Shown: in pieces, positions 58,178 to 64,000 of the stretch
Numbering within the stretch: position 1 is the first letter of the stretch
Layout of the letters: each line of letters begins with the position of its first letter
NCBI GenBank assembly: GCA_900320055.1
Contig: ONQS01000012.1
Location: 15,282 to 79,281 of the forward strand
DNA: 64,000 nt
Reading direction: 5' to 3'
From: an uncultured Prevotellaceae bacterium
GTDB lineage: Bacteria > Bacteroidota > Bacteroidia > Bacteroidales > Muribaculaceae
Program-made: the position numbers and the translations under genes
The notes under the pieces: generated by a model
What the model saw: the letters and a program-made list of their open reading frames with translations, nothing else
Told to the model about the DNA's origin: nothing
Databases searched by the model: none

Positions 58178-59440
58178 ATGAAAGCATTAATGTTCGGCTG
58201 GGAATTTCCACCTCACATCCTGGGAGGACTGGGAACAGCAAGTTACGGTCTGACCAAGGGCATGTGGCAAAATGGCGACATGGACATCACCTTTGTCATA
58301 CCCAAGCCCTGGGGTGATGAGCCCAAAGAGTTTGCCCACATCATCGGCGCCAACAGCACCCCGGTTGCCTGGCGCGACGTGAATTGGGACTATGTGCAGA
58401 GCCGCATCGGTAACGTGATGGACCCGCAACTGTACTACAACCTGCGCGATCACATCTACGGCGACTTCAACTACATGAGCACCAATGATCTGGGATGTAT
58501 CGAATTTTCGGGCCGCTATCCCGACAACCTGCTCGAGGAAATCAACAATTACAGCATCGTGGCAGGCGTGATTGCCCGCACGGTAGACTGCGACATCATC
58601 CATAGCCACGACTGGCTAACCTATCCTGCCGGTATCCACGCCAAGCAGGTGACGGGCAAGCCTCTGGTCATCCACGTGCATGCCACCGACTTTGACCGCT
58701 CGCGCGGCAACGTTAACCCCACCGTGTTTAGCATCGAGAAGGACGGCATGAATCATGCCGACCACATCATCACCGTGAGCAACCTCACACGTCGCACCGT
58801 TATTGAGAAATACGGCATCAGCCCCGACAAGGTGACCACCGTGCATAACGCCGTGGAACCGCTCAACGAGGAACTGCTCAACCTGCCCGTCCCACCCGGC
58901 AAGCAGAACAAGGTGGTGACCTTCCTGGGCCGCATCACGATGCAGAAAGGTCCCGAATACTTTGTCGAGGCCGCCGCGCAAGTGCTGCACAAGGTGAGCG
59001 ATGTGCGTTTTGTCATGGCCGGCAGTGGCGACATGATGAACAAGATGATACGCCTTGCGGCCAAGCGCGACATCGCCGATCGCTTCCACTTCACCGGGTT
59101 CTTAAAGGGCAAGCAGGTCTATGAGATGCTCAAAGCCAGCGATGTGTATATCATGCCGTCGGTGAGCGAGCCATTTGGCATCTCACCGCTCGAAGCGATG
59201 CAGATGGGTGTGCCATCGATCATCAGCAAGCAGAGCGGCTGTGCCGAGATTCTTGACAATGTGATTAAGATCGACTACTGGGATATCAATGCCATGGCCG
59301 ATGCCATCTACAGCATCATCAAGTACCCGGCCATGTTCAATGAACTGCGCGAACAGGGCCTTGCCGAAGTCAACCAGATTACCTGGGACAAAGCCGGTGC
59401 CAAGGTCATCGACATCTACCGTAACCTCATCAATCGATAA
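58178..59440 (+). CDS. GT4-family glycosyltransferase (glycogen-synthase-like)
   Basis: MFGWEFPPHILGGLG, HSHDWLT, HVHAT, FLGRITMQKGPEYF and PSVSEPFGISPLEA. Confidence 0.9.
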   Translation: MKALMFGWEFPPHILGGLGTASYGLTKGMWQNGDMDITFVIPKPWGDEPKEFAHIIGANSTPVAWRDVNWDYVQSRIGNVMDPQLYYNLRDHIYGDFNYMSTNDLGCIEFSGRYPDNLLEEINNYSIVAGVIARTVDCDIIHSHDWLTYPAGIHAKQVTGKPLVIHVHATDFDRSRGNVNPTVFSIEKDGMNHADHIITVSNLTRRTVIEKYGISPDKVTTVHNAVEPLNEELLNLPVPPGKQNKVVTFLGRITMQKGPEYFVEAAAQVLHKVSDVRFVMAGSGDMMNKMIRLAAKRDIADRFHFTGFLKGKQVYEMLKASDVYIMPSVSEPFGISPLEAMQMGVPSIISKQSGCAEILDNVIKIDYWDINAMADAIYSIIKYPAMFNELREQGLAEVNQITWDKAGAKVIDIYRNLINR

Positions 59441-59492
59441 GTGAGGGAGAACCAACAAAACAAGAACCAAAAAATAAACAACAACGAGAGAT

Positions 59493-60914
59493 ATGAAAGC
59501 GATTTGTTTTTATTTCCAGATTCATCAGCCATTCCGTCTGAAACACTATCGATTCTTTGATATCGGTAATGATCATTACTACTACGATGACTTTGCCGAC
59601 GACGACATCATCACCCGCATCGCACAGCGGTCTTACCTGCCCGCCAACGAGATGCTGCTCGACATGATTCGCGAGAATGGCAAGAAGTTCAAAGTGGCCT
59701 TCTCTATCAGCGGCACAGCACTGGAGCAACTTGAGCAGTATGTGCCCGAGTTTATCGATTCGATGAAGGAACTGGCCCAGACAGGATGTGTAGAGTTTCT
59801 GAGCGAGACCTATGCCCACAGCCTTTCGTCACTCTATGACCCCGAGGAGTTTGTGGCTCAAGTCAAAGCCCATGACGAGAAGATTTTCCAACTCTTTGGC
59901 CAGCGTCCCAAGGTGTTCCGCAACACCGAGTTGATCTACGATGACGATATCGCATCGATGGTCAAGGCCATGGGCTTTAAAGCAGCCATCACTGCCGATG
60001 CCAAGCATGTGCTGGGCTGGCGCTCTCCCAACTTCCTGTATTGCTCGGCATCAGCGCCCAAACTCAAGTTGCTGCTGAAGAACAGCAAGTTGAGCGACGA
60101 CATCTCATTCCGCTTCAGCAATCCCGAGTGGGCCTCATATCCCCTCACGGCCGACAAGTACATCCACTGGATCAACGAATTGCCCCAAGAGGAACAATTG
60201 GTGAACCTGTTTATGAACTATGACGCCTTGGGTGAGTTGCAACCTCGTGAGAGCGGCATCTTTGAGTTCATCAAGGCCCTGCCACGCTTTGCCGCCGAGC
60301 ATGACATCCAGTTCTGGACTCCGAGCGAGGTGGTTTCCAAATTCAAACCCGTGGCCGAACTCGCTGTGCCCTATCCCATGTCATGGACCGACGAAGCGCG
60401 CGACACCAGCGCATGGCTGGGCAATACCCTGCAGCAGGAAGCCGTCAAGAAACTATATTCCATTGGCGAGCGCGTTCGCCTGTGCACCGACCGCCGCATC
60501 AAGCAGGACTGGAACTACCTGCAGGCCAGCGATCACTTCTTCTACATGTCGACCAAGCACAACGACGATGGGTCAGTGCATAGCCACTATAGCCCGTATG
60601 ACTCCCCCTACACGGCGTTTACCAACTACATGAACGTCCTGAGCGACTTCATGACCCGTGTCGAGGAGCAGTACCCGGCCAGCATTGATAACGAGGAGTT
60701 GAACTCACTGCTGCTCACCATACGCAATCAGGAGCAGGAAATCGCCAAGATGCACCGCGAAGTGGAACTGCTGCGCAACAACATCGTTAAGGACACAACC
60801 GGCGACTTCCCCATCGACGAGGTGCCCGAGGTCGAGCCAGCGAAAAAGAAAGCCACCGCCAAACCGAAAGCCGCAACGGCCAAGAAAAAGGCACCGTCGG
60901 CCAAAAAGCAGTAA
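59493..60914 (+). CDS. GH57 alpha-amylase-like protein
   Basis: FQIHQP, SETYAHS, FRNTELIY, SWTDE...WLGN and QASDHFFYM, with a Lys/Ala-rich tail. Confidence 0.88.
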   Translation: MKAICFYFQIHQPFRLKHYRFFDIGNDHYYYDDFADDDIITRIAQRSYLPANEMLLDMIRENGKKFKVAFSISGTALEQLEQYVPEFIDSMKELAQTGCVEFLSETYAHSLSSLYDPEEFVAQVKAHDEKIFQLFGQRPKVFRNTELIYDDDIASMVKAMGFKAAITADAKHVLGWRSPNFLYCSASAPKLKLLLKNSKLSDDISFRFSNPEWASYPLTADKYIHWINELPQEEQLVNLFMNYDALGELQPRESGIFEFIKALPRFAAEHDIQFWTPSEVVSKFKPVAELAVPYPMSWTDEARDTSAWLGNTLQQEAVKKLYSIGERVRLCTDRRIKQDWNYLQASDHFFYMSTKHNDDGSVHSHYSPYDSPYTAFTNYMNVLSDFMTRVEEQYPASIDNEELNSLLLTIRNQEQEIAKMHREVELLRNNIVKDTTGDFPIDEVPEVEPAKKKATAKPKAATAKKKAPSAKKQ

Positions 60915-60947
60915 CCGCAGTTCGGCTTTTGACTACGACAATCAACC

Positions 60948-60983
60948 GTGGAGCACATCGACGCTGTGCTCCACTCTTTTTTT
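60948..60983 (+). terminator. Intrinsic terminator after the glycogen cluster
   Basis: GTGGAGCACA / TGTGCTCCAC stem followed by TCTTTTTTT. Confidence 0.8.
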
Positions 60984-61107
60984 CCACTCTTTTTTTGACA
61001 TATAATGGTTAAAAGGCAAACTATATTTTTGGGAAGAGGAAAAAAAGAGGTAACTTTGTCGGATAATAACTATCAAACAACAAACCAAATCAGACGAACC
61101 AATAATT

Positions 61108-62625
61108 ATGGCAAAAATCCGCAACTTCATGCTCCTGTGCCTATGTGCACTGATGATTGTTCCCGCCATGCGCGCCGAGCACCTGATGATTATCGCAGTC
61201 AATGACACCCATAGCCAGATTGACCCCGCCAGTGACGGCATGGGCGGCGTGCTGCGCCGCAAGGCTATCTATGACCAATTGCGTGCCAGCAACGCTCACA
61301 CGGCCCTGATACATGCAGGCGATGCCGTGCAAGGCACCCTGTTCTTCTCACTGTACCGCGGCGAGGTGGAATATGCGCTGATGGACACACTGGGCTATGA
61401 CGCGATCATCCTGGGCAATCATGAGTTTGACAACGGCATGGAGGAACTTGCGGCACACTACCGCAATGTGGACGCCCTGAAGTTGAGCGCCAACTACGAC
61501 TTTAGCGCCACTCCGCTCGACGGCCTGTTCCAGCCCTACTGGATCAAGGCGGTGGGCGACAAGCGCGTGGCCTTTTTCGGCATCAACCTGAATCCCACAG
61601 GCATGATTGCCGATATGAACTGCAAGAATCTGGGTTACCGCTTCGCCCCTGATGTTGCCGACGCGACGGCACGCTACCTCAAGCAGGTGCAGGGTGTGGA
61701 CTATGCCATCATGGTGTCACACATCGGTTACAGCAGTTATGACCCCAGCGAGCCCAACGACACGCTCATCATCAGCCAGAGCCACTACATCGACATGGTC
61801 ATCAGTTCCCACTCCCACTCGACCATTAAGCCTGGCAGCGGCATGGACCGTATCGCCAACGCCGACGGCAAGATGATTACCATCGGCCAGAACGGCAAGA
61901 GCGGCAAACTCGTTGCCACCTATGACCTCGACTTGGAGACTGGCGAAATAGTATACAAGCACATTCCTGTGGACCAATCGTGGGACGAGGCCGCCAGCCG
62001 CTATACGGCCTTGGACCGATGGCTCGACCCATACCGTCATGGCGTGGACAGCATCATGAACAATCCCATCGGCACCAGTGCCCGCTTCATGAAGAATTCC
62101 AGTTACGCCTCCCAGAACTGGGTGAGCGACGCTTCGATGGAAATCCTCAAAAATCTGTCTGGCATCAAGAACATCGATTGCGCCATCATGAACAAGGGAG
62201 GCATCCGCACCGACATGCCAAAGGGCACCGTCACCGAGGGTGTCATCGGTTCGATGTTCCCCTTTGACAACCGCTTTGTCATCTTGGAAATGCCTGGCAA
62301 GGAACTCATCGAGTGCATCCGACTGATGTGCGGTCGCGGTGGCGATGCCGTGAGCAAGGAACTTCGCGTGACCTATGACGACAAGGGCGAAATCATCAAA
62401 GCCACCATCAAAGGCAAGAAGATCAATCCCAACAAGATCTATAACGTTGCCACCATCGACTATCTGGCCAACGGCGGAGACTATATGACGCCTATGAAGG
62501 GTTGCAAGCGCCTGTTTGTCGACACCCAGAAATATGGCAACCACATTCTCACCTACATCAAGAATCTGCAAGCCGCCGGCAAGAGCATCGACGCGACCGA
62601 CGAGGTGAGAATCCAGAAGAAATAA
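61108..62625 (+). CDS. Secreted bifunctional metallophosphoesterase/5'-nucleotidase
   Basis: Signal peptide, NDTHS, GDAVQG, GNHEFD, SHIG and HSH, plus a C-terminal domain NKGGIR...FPFDN...TIDYLANGGD. Confidence 0.88.
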   Translation: MAKIRNFMLLCLCALMIVPAMRAEHLMIIAVNDTHSQIDPASDGMGGVLRRKAIYDQLRASNAHTALIHAGDAVQGTLFFSLYRGEVEYALMDTLGYDAIILGNHEFDNGMEELAAHYRNVDALKLSANYDFSATPLDGLFQPYWIKAVGDKRVAFFGINLNPTGMIADMNCKNLGYRFAPDVADATARYLKQVQGVDYAIMVSHIGYSSYDPSEPNDTLIISQSHYIDMVISSHSHSTIKPGSGMDRIANADGKMITIGQNGKSGKLVATYDLDLETGEIVYKHIPVDQSWDEAASRYTALDRWLDPYRHGVDSIMNNPIGTSARFMKNSSYASQNWVSDASMEILKNLSGIKNIDCAIMNKGGIRTDMPKGTVTEGVIGSMFPFDNRFVILEMPGKELIECIRLMCGRGGDAVSKELRVTYDDKGEIIKATIKGKKINPNKIYNVATIDYLANGGDYMTPMKGCKRLFVDTQKYGNHILTYIKNLQAAGKSIDATDEVRIQKK

Positions 62626-62690
62626 GGTCTTACCACCCCAATATATGGTGAGGGGATAAGGATTTTTGTGACAATTAAATGTTCAGAACA

Positions 62691-64000
62691 ATGACCAAAT
62701 TCAAACGTATCATGCTGACCGCCGCAGCCATGGTCCTCACACTGAGTGCCATGGCCCGCGGCAATGCTAAGTTACCCAACATATTTAACGATGTGGACCA
62801 AGTCGCCATGAACGCGTGGGTCGACAGTGTGTTCAGCACGCTGTCGCCTGACGCTCGCATCGGCCAACTCATCATCGCTGCCGTGACCCCATCGAGCAAT
62901 GACGCCACACGAGGTCTTGTACGTCGCTTTGTCTCGGAGAACCTCGTTGGCGGCCTCATCTATGAGAACAGCACGATGGCCGACCAAGCCGAGATGACCA
63001 ACCTAGCCCAATCGCTAGCCGCAGTGCCACTGATGATCACTATCGATGGCGAGTGGGGACTGGGCATGAGGCTCAAGGAGGTACCCAACTTCCAGCGTAA
63101 CCTCATCCTTGGCGCCCTAGACAACGACATGTTGCTCTATGAGTATGGTAGAGAGGTGGCACGCCAATGCCGCCGAATGGGCATTCAAGTTAATTTTGCC
63201 CCTGTGCTCGACGTCAACGATAACCCCGAGAATCCCGTCATCGGCACCCGATCGTTCGGCGAGAGTCCCGAACTCGTTGCCCGTCATGCCATAGCGTTTG
63301 CCCGCGGTCTTGAGGACGGTGGTGTTATGGCTGTGGGTAAGCATTTCCCGGGCCATGGATCTTCGAGCGAAGACTCGCACAAGACGCTGCCCGTCATCAG
63401 CAAGAGCATACAGGAAATCAACACCTGCGAACTCATCCCCTTCCGTAAGTTTGTGGATGCAGGATTGAGCGGCATCCTCACGGCTCATCTGCTGGTGCCC
63501 GCTATCGATGGAGGCAAGGCTCCGACCAGCCTGTCGGGCGATTGCGTGTCGTCGGTGCTCAAAGACGATCTGGGATTTGAAGGGCTCATCTTTACCGATG
63601 CCCTCAATATGAAGGGCGCCACCCAGATGCTCAAAGGATCGGCCTGCGTCAATGCGTTGCTAGCCGGCAACGACGTGCTGCTCATGCCCGAAAACATCAG
63701 CGACGAGATTGCCGCTGTCAAATCCGCTATCGACCGTGGCACCCTCAGCCAGAGCCTGATCGATGAGCGTTGCAAGAAGATCTTGCGCTACAAGTATGCG
63801 CTGGGACTCACGAGCCGCCAGCACGTCAACACCACCAACCTCTTGAACGACGTCAATTCGCAGCAAGCCGAGGTGCTCAAGCGCCAACTCACGGCAGGCA
63901 GCATCACCGTCATCAAGAACAATGACAATATCCTGCCCATCCACAACCTGCAAAGCCGTCACATCGCCGTTGCCACCATAGGCAACGACAAGGGCACGGC
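62691..64000 (+). CDS. Secreted GH3 beta-N-acetylglucosaminidase (NagZ-type), 3'-truncated by window edge
   Basis: Translated by hand: MTKFKRIML..., IDGEWGLGMRL, NFAPVLDV, KHFPGHGSSSEDSH and FTDALNM. No stop codon before the window end. Confidence 0.88.
   Translation, partial: MTKFKRIMLTAAAMVLTLSAMARGNAKLPNIFNDVDQVAMNAWVDSVFSTLSPDARIGQLIIAAVTPSSNDATRGLVRRFVSENLVGGLIYENSTMADQAEMTNLAQSLAAVPLMITIDGEWGLGMRLKEVPNFQRNLILGALDNDMLLYEYGREVARQCRRMGIQVNFAPVLDVNDNPENPVIGTRSFGESPELVARHAIAFARGLEDGGVMAVGKHFPGHGSSSEDSHKTLPVISKSIQEINTCELIPFRKFVDAGLSGILTAHLLVPAIDGGKAPTSLSGDCVSSVLKDDLGFEGLIFTDALNMKGATQMLKGSACVNALLAGNDVLLMPENISDEIAAVKSAIDRGTLSQSLIDERCKKILRYKYALGLTSRQHVNTTNLLNDVNSQQAEVLKRQLTAGSITVIKNNDNILPIHNLQSRHIAVATIGNDKGT

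Noticed and set aside
556-63962. Many long antisense or alternate-frame ORFs in the track (e.g. 556-1497, 8378-9388, 18445-19926, 20635-22263, 56241-57377)
   Set aside because: They shadow well-supported genes on the opposite strand, lack recognisable motifs, and are expected from G/C-rich third codon positions.
1-64000. rRNA, tRNA, CRISPR arrays and known riboswitches
   Set aside because: Intergenic regions are short and explained by promoters and terminators. I saw no cloverleaf, regularly spaced repeat array or aptamer consensus; an Rfam/tRNAscan run would be needed to exclude them fully.

Overview
A 64 kb chromosomal segment from a Bacteroidota (Bacteroidales) bacterium. The phylum and order are supported by TAnnTTTG promoter boxes, EF-G2, RprXY and the nqr/tig-clpPX-recQ/surA-mutL gene order. 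A Muribaculaceae-like gut or rumen lineage is only an inference from the dockerin-tailed secreted protease. Most of the window is housekeeping: nqrB-F, ompH, pepD, mutL, an LptA/OstA-like gene, two SurA-like PPIases, recQ, clpX, clpP, tig, an ECF sigma factor, uvrA, hemW, fusA2, rprXY, plsC, trkAH, rpmE2, a glycogen-type GDE-GT4-GH57 cluster, a 5'-nucleotidase and a partial GH3. I found no rRNA, tRNA, CRISPR array, integrase or transposase. The best candidate for an uncharacterised system is the accessory block at about 41.9-49.0 kb. There a 4-TM membrane-anchored LytTR regulator sits divergent from a tightly packed operon (LiaF-like, OM beta-barrel broken by a frameshift, BamE/SmpA-like lipoprotein, CatA-like acyltransferase), with direct repeats in the shared promoter. 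A GNAT-zinc-ribbon fusion and a MerR-GyrI regulator follow; the MerR promoter has a long spacer containing a dyad. Other leads are a lipoprotein flavodoxin with an altered FMN phosphate loop, a 56-aa membrane protein missing from the ORF track, a YtxH-YtxH-holin-family operon beside an ECF sigma with a structured leader, an M6 protease with a C-terminal dockerin, and a GH57 with Asn at the expected catalytic acid/base Asp. All family assignments come from motif recognition by eye; no database search was run.
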